DNA of 56,931 nt. Source: a virus (taxonomy: Duplodnaviria > Caudoviricetes). A model generated the notes under the pieces. It did no database searches and was not told where the DNA came from. It worked only from the letters and a program-made list of their open reading frames with translations. A program made the position numbers and the translations under genes. How positions within the stretch are numbered: position 1 is the first letter of the stretch; each line of letters begins with the position of its first letter. This document shows, one piece after another, positions 29,353-38,435 of the stretch. Location of the stretch: the IMG/VR virus record IMGVR_UViG_3300030012_002328, positions 1-56,931 of that record. One strand, given 5' to 3'.

Positions 29353-30069
29353 TTATGCCTCGTAGAAAGATAAGCTTACGTAAATATCGGTTACACCCTT
29401 AATCAGCAGTGCGGTGTAAATCGTGGTTTTGTTGGCCGTCGAGTTTACCGCTGGCTGCGTCGAAGAGTTGTTATACACTATACTATAACCGCTCGGTGCT
29501 GCCAATGTGAACGTCCGACCACCAGTGCCGTCTTGAACAGCAATAACTGTTACTGCTCGGATGGACCCCGTAATCAGGTCGTCGGTGGTAGGAAGCGTGA
29601 CTGTTGTATTACCAGTTAGTGTGTACCTAGCATTCAACTGAATATCAGGAACAGTGAGCGAACCTGAAGCAGAACTAACAGAAAAAAGATTTTCTTCCGT
29701 ACCGTGGAACTGGAGGTCTTTCGTGACAAGACCATCACCGTCGAAAACACCGCTTTCATCTTTGTATAAAGCACGTTCGGCAGGCTGAGAACAAAATACT
29801 GTTTTTACTCCAGCACCCCAGTTAACTGCATTGCCTCCATTGGAGCTTTCTAAAATAGTGTCCCGAGATAACGTTGTGCCAGATGACGTGTATGTGCCGA
29901 TACCAACTTCAAAGTCAACATCATCTGTAATAACGTAATAAGTCTTGTTTCCGTTACCAATAGCAGCAAAAGATTGAAACCCAGTTTCTGCACCGGCAAG
30001 CGTGACCGTGCCAGTACCTGTCGTGGTAGTGGTCTCTTTTACACGGTCTTTTACGACAGGAACTACCAT
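29353..30069 (-). CDS. Tail fibre anchor/structural protein
   Basis: DRVKETTTTTGTG..GFQSF N-terminus; QDGTGGRT C-terminal domain. Confidence 0.7.
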   Translation of the reverse strand: MVVPVVKDRVKETTTTTGTGTVTLAGAETGFQSFAAIGNGNKTYYVITDDVDFEVGIGTYTSSGTTLSRDTILESSNGGNAVNWGAGVKTVFCSQPAERALYKDESGVFDGDGLVTKDLQFHGTEENLFSVSSASGSLTVPDIQLNARYTLTGNTTVTLPTTDDLITGSIRAVTVIAVQDGTGGRTFTLAAPSGYSIVYNNSSTQPAVNSTANKTTIYTALLIKGVTDIYVSLSFYEA

Positions 30070-30077
30070 GTAGTCAC

Positions 30078-30515
30078 CTACGCGATGCGGATAATGGCGT
30101 TACTTGCGTCAGCCGTTGGGAACTGAATTGTAAAGTCACCGTTGGTGGACGTTTTATCGGAACCAAAATCCAACACGCAAACAGCTTTGTTGCTGTCGGT
30201 GCTGTTGTAAATCAAAGCACCACGAGCCGTTATTGTAGAAGACGCAAACGTTAGGTCGTTGAAGTCCGTAAACGCTGTTGTTCCCGAGCTAGTCGGTGCA
30301 ACATTTGTCAGTGTACCGCCGCCTGCGCTGTAACCAGTTCCGGTCACCTCGTTGAGACCACTGCTTGCATATGCGGTAGTGCTTGCGTCAAGACTTGCAC
30401 TGCTTGTGTGTAGGGACAGCTTGAAAGTGTCACCGCCAGAAGCAGAAAAGTTGTGTGTCCCAGTTAGCAACTCGGTTTTGAACGATGTAGCCATCGCTTG
30501 TGAAATACTCATCAC
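30078..30515 (-). CDS. Virion structural protein
   Basis: SFKTELL..FKLSL..GTGYSAGG..ARGALIYN..LDFGSD. Confidence 0.7.
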   Translation of the reverse strand: MMSISQAMATSFKTELLTGTHNFSASGGDTFKLSLHTSSASLDASTTAYASSGLNEVTGTGYSAGGGTLTNVAPTSSGTTAFTDFNDLTFASSTITARGALIYNSTDSNKAVCVLDFGSDKTSTNGDFTIQFPTADASNAIIRIA

Positions 30516-30805
30516 ATTCTCCTAATAAGTTCTGCGACCTCGGCATGACCGTTTTCGCGTAACACATTATACATGGTTGTTCGATCGCTGTTAACTGCTT
30601 CTTTCATGTAGTGAACCAGCAACGGACGGATAGCATTCTTGAACGCATGTGCTTGATCCCGAATAGCAGGAGGAGCTTGGTCTGAAATTCCAATGATGCG
30701 GTCTAAGCACCGCTCAACAATCTCTTCAGGTTTGTGACCACGATTTTGCGTAGTCGATACCGATACAATCGGAGTCTTAGGTAGGTTTATGCCTACTTCA
30801 AACAT
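30512..30805 (-). CDS. Hypothetical protein
   Basis: 97 aa, coupled to neighbours. Confidence 0.7.
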   Translation of the reverse strand: MFEVGINLPKTPIVSVSTTQNRGHKPEEIVERCLDRIIGISDQAPPAIRDQAHAFKNAIRPLLVHYMKEAVNSDRTTMYNVLRENGHAEVAELIRRM

Positions 30806-31452
30806 TAGGTTTTACCTCTTCGTACTAGACCGCCGCTATATGCGTCACCAGTCTGTTTGGCCTCACCAAGATCTTTGAGGCGAGTAAGTGCTTCACCGAA
30901 CTTCTGATCATAGTTTTGAATGACATCCGGTTCGCCCTTCATAAAAGTGTAAGCCTCAATCAAAGACCCATACAACATAGCGAACGGTGCGTTGTCACTC
31001 AACCATGTTTTACCAGAATCCGCACCAGCAGTGAGGCTGGTAGGGCGATAGAAATAGTGAAGCTCAACCGCATACGCTGCATCAGGGGACGGAGCAACAA
31101 TTAGATTGCCCTCATCAAACTCACCGTAATATTTAGGTAGACCTTGCGTAGCAGCATTCGGATTGTAGTCTTCGATAAAGCTTACATCTTTATGTTGTAG
31201 AAATGATTTGTTGCTCGAGCTTGTTACGGACAGGGAAAAAGATGACAGGTAGTCGTCCGGCAACGCAAGAAACCTATTACCCGATGTAAACGAGCTTGTC
31301 TGATTGCGGCGAAAAAATGTCAGTTGAACACTTTTAAGAATACGCTCTTCGCAGTTGCGGATAAACACAGGCAAGTTGCTAACGAAGGTGGTCTCTTCGT
31401 TTTCCGTGTAATCCTTGATTGCTTCTTTTAGTTCACTAAATGTAAAACTCAT
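30805..31452 (-). CDS. Head-tail adaptor/tail tubular protein A-like
   Basis: GLPKYY..VAPSPD..LYGSLIEA pattern. Confidence 0.65.
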   Translation of the reverse strand: MSFTFSELKEAIKDYTENEETTFVSNLPVFIRNCEERILKSVQLTFFRRNQTSSFTSGNRFLALPDDYLSSFSLSVTSSSNKSFLQHKDVSFIEDYNPNAATQGLPKYYGEFDEGNLIVAPSPDAAYAVELHYFYRPTSLTAGADSGKTWLSDNAPFAMLYGSLIEAYTFMKGEPDVIQNYDQKFGEALTRLKDLGEAKQTGDAYSGGLVRRGKT

Positions 31453-31739
31453 GATGTCGTCACCGTTACCTTACCAACACTAGCCGTTGCCTCTAAGTTT
31501 AGACCGCCTACTGGTTTGAATCCAAAGTATGTATCAACGTGTGTGTCCGGGCGTGGATCACGCAGTGCTTGCGGATCGCTAATTTTTCTCGGAGGAGTAA
31601 GCTGCGGATGCTTAGATTCATACTCGTCGGGGCCGACAAGTGCGCCGTTCCATTCACGCTTCATGTCTCTCAAGCGATAACGAAACCCAGAGCGATCCGA
31701 GATACCATAAGCTTTCTTACCTGATGCAAAACGTGCCAT
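31449..31739 (-). CDS. Conserved hypothetical protein
   Basis: GKKAYGISDRSGFRY..EWNG..KHPQL. Confidence 0.7.
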   Translation of the reverse strand: MARFASGKKAYGISDRSGFRYRLRDMKREWNGALVGPDEYESKHPQLTPPRKISDPQALRDPRPDTHVDTYFGFKPVGGLNLEATASVGKVTVTTS

Positions 31740-32407
31740 TAGGTTACTCTCATGTAACTAATACTAGGAGTAAGTTTCAGTGCTACGCGATCCTCGTCCT
31801 CGTCCGCTGCACGTTGGAACTCTTCTTCATATATAGACTTCAAAAGTTGAACACGGTCAGGAGCACGTTTGACAGCCATATAATATGCGAGACCAGCCAC
31901 CATGCAAGGTAGGAAACGGAAAGGAGCGTCAACATCATTAACAGCGGCATCGGCATCTTCTATCCTCTGGACATAAAAATACCTTATCACATCTGTGCTG
32001 TTTTCGGGAGCAGGCCAGACATTGACCTTCGGTGACGTTTGACGATTGAAATACAACTGAGACGGACGGCCTGTCGTTGTTTTAGTCGGAATATTCTGGT
32101 ACTCGCTGCGGCTAATTCTATCGACTTGGAAATCAGTTCCGTCTCGACGAACAACAACTTCAAGAATATCTACAACGTCAGCCGTTAGTGTGTATTCCGA
32201 CTGACCTGAAACCATGTTGATGGTGCCGCTTTTTACTGTCCAAAGATTGACACCACGGTTTGCCCAATCAGCAAACATAAGGTTCAGAGAACGACGAGCC
32301 GTACGTGCATCGTAGCCAGTGCGAACTTCCATGCCGCACCGCTCGAAGGCTTCTTCGACAATCTCTCCAACATCAAGCGTGAAATCACGTGAACCTGACG
32401 TAGCCAT
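31739..32407 (-). CDS. Head-tail adaptor-like protein
   Basis: ARRSLNLMFADWANRG..GRPSQ..VWPAP..GLAYY. Confidence 0.65.
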   Translation of the reverse strand: MATSGSRDFTLDVGEIVEEAFERCGMEVRTGYDARTARRSLNLMFADWANRGVNLWTVKSGTINMVSGQSEYTLTADVVDILEVVVRRDGTDFQVDRISRSEYQNIPTKTTTGRPSQLYFNRQTSPKVNVWPAPENSTDVIRYFYVQRIEDADAAVNDVDAPFRFLPCMVAGLAYYMAVKRAPDRVQLLKSIYEEEFQRAADEDEDRVALKLTPSISYMRVT

Positions 32408-32686
32408 CTACTTCTTCCTTCTCTTCAGTGCCTTAACTCGGCGAGGCTTACCAGCAGGCTGACCGAGGCGTTTCTTCTGAGCTATTCTACTACGTTTCTC
32501 CGCAGCAGTCATCTCCTTGGAAGTCTTTGGCGTTTTTTTAGATACACGTTTGGACGGGCGACAGTATGGAGTCCCGCGCTTTTCACCTTTTTTGCGGCCA
32601 CAAGGCTTACCGGTGCGAACGTCCTTCCACTCTTCTTTGAACCAGCGTTTTAGTGCTGCACCCTTTTTAGTCTTTCGAACGGCCAT
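32408..32686 (-). CDS. Small Lys/Arg-rich protein
   Basis: 92 aa, LKRWFKEEW..PCGR..YCRP. Confidence 0.75.
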   Translation of the reverse strand: MAVRKTKKGAALKRWFKEEWKDVRTGKPCGRKKGEKRGTPYCRPSKRVSKKTPKTSKEMTAAEKRSRIAQKKRLGQPAGKPRRVKALKRRKK

Positions 32687-32776
32687 ACCGTTTTCTCCAT
32701 AAAAAATCGCCTAACTTAGAGTTCCAAGTGACGATAACATTTATGAAGCGACTGTGCCAGAACCAGCGATGCTTCA

Positions 32777-32983
32777 TCAGTACATCCTTGTAGTACGATA
32801 CTTATAAGCCTGACCGTTTGAATACTTCTTTTTGACCAAACCACCTTTGGCTTTTTTCTGAGTTTTGTTGCCCCAGTTCTTTGCGCCAACTTTACGGCAC
32901 TTGGCGATTGCACCACTAGCGTAAGCACTCGGGAAAACCTTGTACCTAGCTTTTACTTTTCTGTAACAAGCATCTTTAGGCAT
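32777..32983 (-). CDS. Small Lys-rich protein
   Basis: Start reassigned to MPKDACYRKVK; PSAYASG; KAKGGLV. Confidence 0.75.
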   Translation of the reverse strand: MPKDACYRKVKARYKVFPSAYASGAIAKCRKVGAKNWGNKTQKKAKGGLVKKKYSNGQAYKYRTTRMY

Positions 32984-33264
32984 TATCTTAGCTCCGTAAA
33001 CGACGACTCTGGGGGCCACGCCGCCTTGCGGAGCGGGACTTCTTCTTCATTGGCGGCTTGTTGATCTGTTTTGCCATCTGGCCTCGACTTATTGCCATGT
33101 AGACGTGCCTCCTTGTTTATCATTGAGTGAAGAAGCTCTGAGTTCTTCTCAACCTTAATTTCTATAACGGCTGTTCGTTTGTCGACAGCCACAAGAGTGT
33201 AGCAAAGCCACCCTACTCCGGTGACTACGAGTGCAGCTACTGCGTGTTGAAAAGCTTCTTTCAT
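32983..33264 (-). CDS. Single-pass membrane protein
   Basis: N-terminal TM helix AVAALVVTGVGWLCYTLVAV. Confidence 0.65.
   Translation of the reverse strand: MKEAFQHAVAALVVTGVGWLCYTLVAVDKRTAVIEIKVEKNSELLHSMINKEARLHGNKSRPDGKTDQQAANEEEVPLRKAAWPPESSFTELR
32988..33098 (-). CDS. Nested 36-aa basic peptide with capsid-like N-terminus
   Basis: Read manually: AAGGAGG 9 nt before ATG; MAISRGQMAKQINKPPMKKKSRSARRRGPQSRRLRS. Confidence 0.65.
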   Translation of the reverse strand: MAISRGQMAKQINKPPMKKKSRSARRRGPQSRRLRS

Positions 33265-33268
33265 AACA

Positions 33269-33517
33269 CTACCATTTCTTACAGGACCAGTATCCTGCCG
33301 TTAGCTTGGATTTTTTCTGGTCACATTTGTGCCGAGCACGAAATGATTTACGCCTAGCAGGTATGTTCTTTTTGATTTTCATGTTTGGATCGCCAAACCT
33401 AACCAAACGAACTTTATCACCCTCTTTAGCGAGGACGGCAAACTTCTTCTTTTTGCCCGGTGTTCTCTTTGGTTTATTGTAACCAGAGAACCTCTCGCCT
33501 CGATGAGTGATAGCCAT
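33269..33517 (-). CDS. Small Lys/Arg-rich protein
   Basis: Start reassigned to MAITHRG; RFGDPNM..RRKSFRARHKC..AGYWSCKKW. Confidence 0.75.
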   Translation of the reverse strand: MAITHRGERFSGYNKPKRTPGKKKKFAVLAKEGDKVRLVRFGDPNMKIKKNIPARRKSFRARHKCDQKKSKLTAGYWSCKKW

Positions 33518-33521
33518 AGTC

Positions 33522-33803
33522 TTATCCGTAGAAAATGGTGACGGTTGCAGCGTCACCGGTATCGACATAGATACCACCGTTAAACAACACTCCGGTTCCG
33601 GGAACAGTGAGCTCTGCTACGGTAGCATGAGCCGTGTCTAGCTCTACGAGAACAGGATCAGAAGCACTGGTGCCGTTATGAAACTTGACGTGATTAGCTG
33701 CACTAGAGTTGGCAACCATGTAAACGCCTTTCAGTCGGGCTGGGCCGCTGACCATCTGACCGTCTGCTGACGCGATGGCTGATTTTACATCTGCTGTGGA
33801 CAT
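33522..33803 (-). CDS. Small putative structural protein
   Basis: 93 aa beta-rich ORF downstream of the capsid terminator. Confidence 0.7.
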   Translation of the reverse strand: MSTADVKSAIASADGQMVSGPARLKGVYMVANSSAANHVKFHNGTSASDPVLVELDTAHATVAELTVPGTGVLFNGGIYVDTGDAATVTIFYG

Positions 33804-33853
33804 AGTCTTTTCCTTAATAAATTGTACGGCTACATTTTAACCCAAGCATCGAT

Positions 33854-33885
33854 AAAAAGAAAGGGCGGGAATTACCCCGCCCCTT
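33854..33885 (-). terminator. Intrinsic terminator after major capsid gene
   Basis: AAGGGGCGGG-GTAATT-CCCGCCCTTT followed by CTTTTT. Confidence 0.85.
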
Positions 33886-33907
33886 CCAGACTTGCGTAAG
33901 CCTAACC

Positions 33908-34816
33908 TTATGCGCCCGGAGAACCGAACACGCAACGAGGGTCAGAGAAACCGAAGCTGTAACGCTCACGGGCTTTGTAACGCATGTTACCTGTATCGAA
34001 ATCAGGTTCCATTTGAGTTGACAGAGCCAAACGCTCGAAGTGCTTGAAGCCATTCGGAGCATCGGTTTTGATAAAGAACGCATCCGAGTCGGTCAGGTAG
34101 TCATTGACTACATAACCTTCAGGAAGCAGACCCATCTGACGGATGGCGTTGATGTCGTTATCACCAGTCGCAACACGAAGTTCCGATTCCAGCAAACGAG
34201 TAGCAACGAACTGAAGTTGACGCGGGATGATCAACTTCGTACCGCGAAGGGCAATGATCAAACCACGTTCGTCGGTGTAACCGGCGATGCTGATCAAAGC
34301 GTTTTCCAAAGACGTTTCGTTCAAGTCAGCGGCCACTGAAGGCTCATTAGAGAACGTGCCGCCATTGGTAAGCGGGTGGTCAGTGGCGCAAAGTTCTTTG
34401 CCGTCGCCGCCTTTAACAGTGCTATCAAAAGCGTTGTTAAGGACAGAAGCAGCTTTAACTTGCTTAGTGTGTGCCATCGAACGGGCCAACGCACGAGTGT
34501 AACGAGCAGCCAGACGATCATAAAGATTGTCTTCTACAGCTTCCTCAGTGATTGAGAAAGCAGCAGCTACCGTTTCGTGGTTGTAACGCGAGGTGTATGC
34601 CTCTTGTGCGTCATCATACGATACGCTTCCACCTTCAGATTTGGTGGGAGCAGCACCGAAGCCCGACAACATTACTTCTTCTTCGAATGCACGGTCAGAA
34701 GATTCCGTGTCGAAGATTTCAGCGTGTTGCCCTTCGTAGCGTCCATATTCCATGCCGAACAGAGCGTTGAGGCCCGGCTCGAGTTCTTTTGCGAGTTGTG
34801 CGCGAGAAATAGCCAT
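33908..34816 (-). CDS. Major capsid protein
   Basis: 302 aa, MAISRAQLAKELEPGLNALFG, DGKELCATDHP, KARERYSFG; downstream of scaffold, followed by a terminator. Confidence 0.88.
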   Translation of the reverse strand: MAISRAQLAKELEPGLNALFGMEYGRYEGQHAEIFDTESSDRAFEEEVMLSGFGAAPTKSEGGSVSYDDAQEAYTSRYNHETVAAAFSITEEAVEDNLYDRLAARYTRALARSMAHTKQVKAASVLNNAFDSTVKGGDGKELCATDHPLTNGGTFSNEPSVAADLNETSLENALISIAGYTDERGLIIALRGTKLIIPRQLQFVATRLLESELRVATGDNDINAIRQMGLLPEGYVVNDYLTDSDAFFIKTDAPNGFKHFERLALSTQMEPDFDTGNMRYKARERYSFGFSDPRCVFGSPGA

Positions 34817-34829
34817 TATTCTACACTCC

Positions 34830-35450
34830 TTACGACACTACTGCTTCGGACGAGCCGTCAAGCAGTGCGTGGTTATTAAAGATTACAATAACCGGCAAAC
34901 CAGCAGCAGTGTAGTCTTGGTTTTCAACGTCGTCTTGGATGCCAACAATTTTCAGCGGGAACGAAAGGTCCGACGCGTCAGGGGTTGTTGTGTCCAGTTG
35001 AGCGTTGGAAAGACCTGTTGTGGTGTTACCAGCGTTCGCGGTGATCATCGCTGCACTTTCAAAGATAGCTGCACGGGCAGTGGCTTTGTTAGTGAACGTT
35101 GCATCTGTGCAAATAACAAAACGTTGGAACGGATTGTCATACACAAAACCGACGATGTCGAAGTCTGTGCTTGCTGAACCTGAACCAGGCCAGTAGTTTG
35201 AGAACTTTTTCTCGCCAGTTGTGGCATCTACGTATTCGCAGCCAGCAAAAACGCCTATATGCTTGTAAGTGTCACCAGTAGCGGAACCAGTGATGGCAAT
35301 GGTACCATCGTTAGTAGCAATAACCGGTGAACCCTGAAACATTGCAGACGCGTCTGACTTGATAAAATACGGAGTTGCGCCCGTAGTACCGGCTACGCCG
35401 CCTACTACGCCGATCGGCTTGAGGCCGAACTTGACATTGGAATTAGCCAT
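34830..35450 (-). CDS. Putative capsid decoration/minor capsid protein
   Basis: 206 aa immediately upstream of MCP; FGLKP, GVFAGCEY. Confidence 0.6.
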   Translation of the reverse strand: MANSNVKFGLKPIGVVGGVAGTTGATPYFIKSDASAMFQGSPVIATNDGTIAITGSATGDTYKHIGVFAGCEYVDATTGEKKFSNYWPGSGSASTDFDIVGFVYDNPFQRFVICTDATFTNKATARAAIFESAAMITANAGNTTTGLSNAQLDTTTPDASDLSFPLKIVGIQDDVENQDYTAAGLPVIVIFNNHALLDGSSEAVVS

Positions 35451-35476
35451 TGTCTTTCTCCATAGTTACTTGGTGG

Positions 35477-35935
35477 TCAGTCTTTTTCGCCACCAAAAGT
35501 TACACGACTTTGCCTATCGCTAGTGATAGGCATCGAGGGATGTTGTTCCCTCATCAGGTTTTCATCGACGGCCTTCATTTGATTGCGGGTCTGGTCCCGA
35601 TAATATTCAGTTCGTTCTTCTACCGTCTCTTCTGGAATGCGGCAAAGCATTAACCCGCCACTTCCAATAACCCCAGCATGTTTTCCGTCTGAGATAACTG
35701 GGAACTCAGTTCCAGGAAACTCATCCGCTCGTACCGGCTCCCAACCTTCTCTCATACGAGAGTAAACGTTGTTCTGGTCATCCTCACCACGGATCGCAGT
35801 GCGAACCCAACGGTGAATATAGCCATGCGGTGCAGGCGGTGCATCTAACGTGCTGGGCGGAGCCCAAGGCTTCCGACGCGCAGTTTTTTCTCGTGTCTGC
35901 GTTTCACGAGGTGTACGTTTTTTAGAATCAGTCAT
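35477..35935 (-). CDS. Conserved head-module protein
   Basis: WAPPSTLDAPPAP..HRWVR..REGWEPV. Confidence 0.7.
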   Translation of the reverse strand: MTDSKKRTPRETQTREKTARRKPWAPPSTLDAPPAPHGYIHRWVRTAIRGEDDQNNVYSRMREGWEPVRADEFPGTEFPVISDGKHAGVIGSGGLMLCRIPEETVEERTEYYRDQTRNQMKAVDENLMREQHPSMPITSDRQSRVTFGGEKD

Positions 35936-35939
35936 TGTC

Positions 35940-36893
35940 TTACTCCTTTACAAACTTTGCGTACTCTTCGAGCGGAACGCCAAGTTTTTTAGCAATCGCC
36001 ACCTGTGAAGGTGAAAGCTTGACTGTTCTGCGCCCCTTATTTGATGAACGTGAGGCCGTGGACTCAGCAGAGGCGACTCTGGGTTTTGCGGCTTTCTTCG
36101 GTTCTTCCTGTTGAGTTTGGGCAGGTTGTCCAAACTTTTGTGGGAAATCACCTCGAATACGTTTATCTAGCTCAGTATAATACTCATCAGAAGTTGGGTC
36201 AAACCCTTCTTCCTCAACAAGTCTACGATGGATGCCAAAAGCTGCATAAGTCATGGTGTCGTCGTTACCAAACCATTCGTTACGGTCAGCCCAAGCTTGT
36301 GCCTTCAAGTCCGGTTCAGGAGCTTGAGGTTGCATTTGCTGCTGCGGAACCTGCGGAGTTTGATACTCCTCCGGCTCACGCTCCACGCGCAACTTAGCAT
36401 CAGCATGTTTGTCCTGCTCGATGGTGACACGGCTCACCATTTGCTGCGCTTCAAAGATACCGTCAGCATCGTCGGCTTCGATAGCTGCCTTGAGCTTTGT
36501 CTTAGCTGCGTCCAACTCACGGTCTAGGCGACCACCTAGCTCGTCAACATACGAAGCTTCACGGCTACGAAGCTGGCCTTGCAACTCTTCGTTTTGCTTT
36601 TTAACAGCTTCTGCGTATTGCAGAGCAGCTTCGCGTTGGCGTTCTTCTTCACGGAACTTTGCAGTCAGTTTACGAATACGGCGTTGGACACTCTCCGAAT
36701 ACTCGGCGAGTTCATCTTGGCTTTTTTCTTCCGTCGCACTTTCTGCCTGTTCTGGTTCAGCGGAAGCTTCCTGCTCGGCTGGCTCTTCTGCCTGCTCTGC
36801 CGGTGCCTCTTCCTGCTCTTCTACAACATCAACCTCTTCAGACGCGTTCTCGTCCTCTAGCTCGATGATGTGCTCTTCCTGATCTTCTTGCAT
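35940..36893 (-). CDS. Capsid scaffolding protein
   Basis: Acidic N-terminus, long coiled coil, C-terminal SQVAIAKKLGVPLEEYAK. Confidence 0.75.
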   Translation of the reverse strand: MQEDQEEHIIELEDENASEEVDVVEEQEEAPAEQAEEPAEQEASAEPEQAESATEEKSQDELAEYSESVQRRIRKLTAKFREEERQREAALQYAEAVKKQNEELQGQLRSREASYVDELGGRLDRELDAAKTKLKAAIEADDADGIFEAQQMVSRVTIEQDKHADAKLRVEREPEEYQTPQVPQQQMQPQAPEPDLKAQAWADRNEWFGNDDTMTYAAFGIHRRLVEEEGFDPTSDEYYTELDKRIRGDFPQKFGQPAQTQQEEPKKAAKPRVASAESTASRSSNKGRRTVKLSPSQVAIAKKLGVPLEEYAKFVKE

Positions 36894-36902
36894 CTTAGTC
36901 TC

Positions 36903-37316
36903 CTATAGCACTACGTCTTCAGGGTTCATAATAGTGGCGATAACTTCGTCATCATTGATAATGCGAACCTCCCCGCCGTCCAACTTGAAGCGCGAACCAG
37001 CGTATCGTCCGATACAAATCCAGTCGCCTTCCTTGCACCAAGGCTCACAAGCATCGCCGAACTTATCGGGGTCCTTGTACGCCAGAGGTCCTAGTTTGAC
37101 CACGTAAGCAACAACTGTTGCCAGTGCTTCGCGGTCTTTGGTCTCGTCAGGAATGTAAACACCCCCGTGAGTTTTTTCTCGGCCTTTGTACGGCATTACA
37201 AGAAGTCGCCAGCCAGTAGGCTGCGGCACACGGGCCATTGCGTCTTCTTCGGCAGCACGTTGAGCCGCTTCTTCCTGAACCTTTACGTAGTCAGGCAGAA
37301 TCAATCCACTACTCAT
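36903..37316 (-). CDS. groES: Co-chaperonin GroES-like protein
   Basis: PTGWRLLV..KTHGGVYIPD..KEGDW..RYAG..IINDDEVIA. Start reassigned to MSSGL. Confidence 0.88.
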   Translation of the reverse strand: MSSGLILPDYVKVQEEAAQRAAEEDAMARVPQPTGWRLLVMPYKGREKTHGGVYIPDETKDREALATVVAYVVKLGPLAYKDPDKFGDACEPWCKEGDWICIGRYAGSRFKLDGGEVRIINDDEVIATIMNPEDVVL

Positions 37317-37509
37317 TGTCTTCCTCGTCATATTTTCTAAGCAGAGTCGAAATCTCTTCGACAGCAAACGAAAGACCCTGGATCTCGCCCACCATCGCCC
37401 TGTACTGTTCCATGTCAGAAACAGAACCGCTTGTAACCGCTACCGATATATCATCGATGCGGGTCTCTAGATTGCGTTTATATTTGGATAGAAATTCTAG
37501 TATTCTCAA
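37309..37509 (-). CDS. Hypothetical protein
   Basis: 66 aa helical ORF; YRAMVGEIQGL. Confidence 0.65.
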   Translation of the reverse strand: MRILEFLSKYKRNLETRIDDISVAVTSGSVSDMEQYRAMVGEIQGLSFAVEEISTLLRKYDEEDNE

Positions 37510-37778
37510 AGAACGTCCCCATGACTAGCAAAGTTTTCGTCGGTCAACGGACCACCTGCTACCCATGAGTCACATGTCTTTTCGGCTTCGCACACAAAGC
37601 GGTGCGTTTCACAAAAACCGACGTTATCGGAGTCGGTACCCAAGCAGTCGAGAATGCGACTGGACATGTTTAAGGCAGAACAGGTGCCATCGATGGCCTC
37701 TGAATCTGTAGACAGACTGTGGTTATACTCCTCAGTCATTCGGAGTTTGTTTTCGTTGTTGATACTTTTTACTCTCAT
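37506..37778 (-). CDS. Cys-containing hypothetical protein
   Basis: GFC..FVC....CDSW pattern. Confidence 0.65.
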   Translation of the reverse strand: MRVKSINNENKLRMTEEYNHSLSTDSEAIDGTCSALNMSSRILDCLGTDSDNVGFCETHRFVCEAEKTCDSWVAGGPLTDENFASHGDVL

Positions 37779-37780
37779 TA

Positions 37781-37957
37781 TCACGCTCGTTTTCGAGCCT
37801 TCTTTTTAGCTTTGTCCGATAACTCGGAAAAGTGAAACAGTCTCTTGCTGCTGGCTGTATGACGAGCACCGCTGTGGACCTGACCATTCGGCATCTTGTG
37901 CATACCGCCTTTGTGGCGAGTGCCGTCACGAAAATAATGATTTACACCTTTAGCCAT
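37781..37957 (-). CDS. Small His/Lys-rich protein
   Basis: Read manually: MAKGVNHYFRDG..HKMPNGQVHSG..KAKKKARKRA, 58 aa, below the ORF-track cutoff. Confidence 0.7.
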   Translation of the reverse strand: MAKGVNHYFRDGTRHKGGMHKMPNGQVHSGARHTASSKRLFHFSELSDKAKKKARKRA

Positions 37958-37961
37958 GACA

Positions 37962-38105
37962 CTATCTCTTCAGGTTCAGTGCAAGCTTTTGCACGAAGTC
38001 GTCAATCTTGGCAAGAATCTCGTTGTCGCGCATTGACGGTGTTACATTTGCAATAGCCGAAGCTGCTGCGATGATACCTGTAATCCAAGCAATAAGCGTT
38101 TCCAT
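37962..38105 (-). CDS. Small membrane protein (holin-like)
   Basis: METLIAWITGIIAAASAIANVTP.., 47 aa. Confidence 0.55.
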   Translation of the reverse strand: METLIAWITGIIAAASAIANVTPSMRDNEILAKIDDFVQKLALNLKR

Positions 38106-38404
38106 TACCTTACTCCTATAAACTTCACACCGCGAATAGCTGCGCCGGTGCCTCTTACAGTGCCACGATGCGGACACTTCTTACCTTTAACTACCTCGCC
38201 ACCGCCCATGTAGCCTTCGACTTCGCCACCATAGCGGTATTTTTGAATCATGCCGCCACCAGCTTTTTTAACCGGTTCTTCAATCGGTGTCATAGTATCG
38301 CTACCGGTTTCGTCGCGATTGAGTATCGCAAAATCTTTATCGTCAATGACACCGTCATTGTTCATGTCGATCTTTTTCTGTTTCTCTGTAAGCTTTTTAG
38401 CCAT
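38105..38404 (-). CDS. Small protein with EF-hand-like loop and repeated GGxV motifs
   Basis: DMNNDGVIDDKD; AGGGMI, YRYGGEV, YMGGGEV. Confidence 0.7.
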   Translation of the reverse strand: MAKKLTEKQKKIDMNNDGVIDDKDFAILNRDETGSDTMTPIEEPVKKAGGGMIQKYRYGGEVEGYMGGGEVVKGKKCPHRGTVRGTGAAIRGVKFIGVR

Positions 38405-38435
38405 AATCGTCTCCTGTGATTTGCTTCAGTATACC

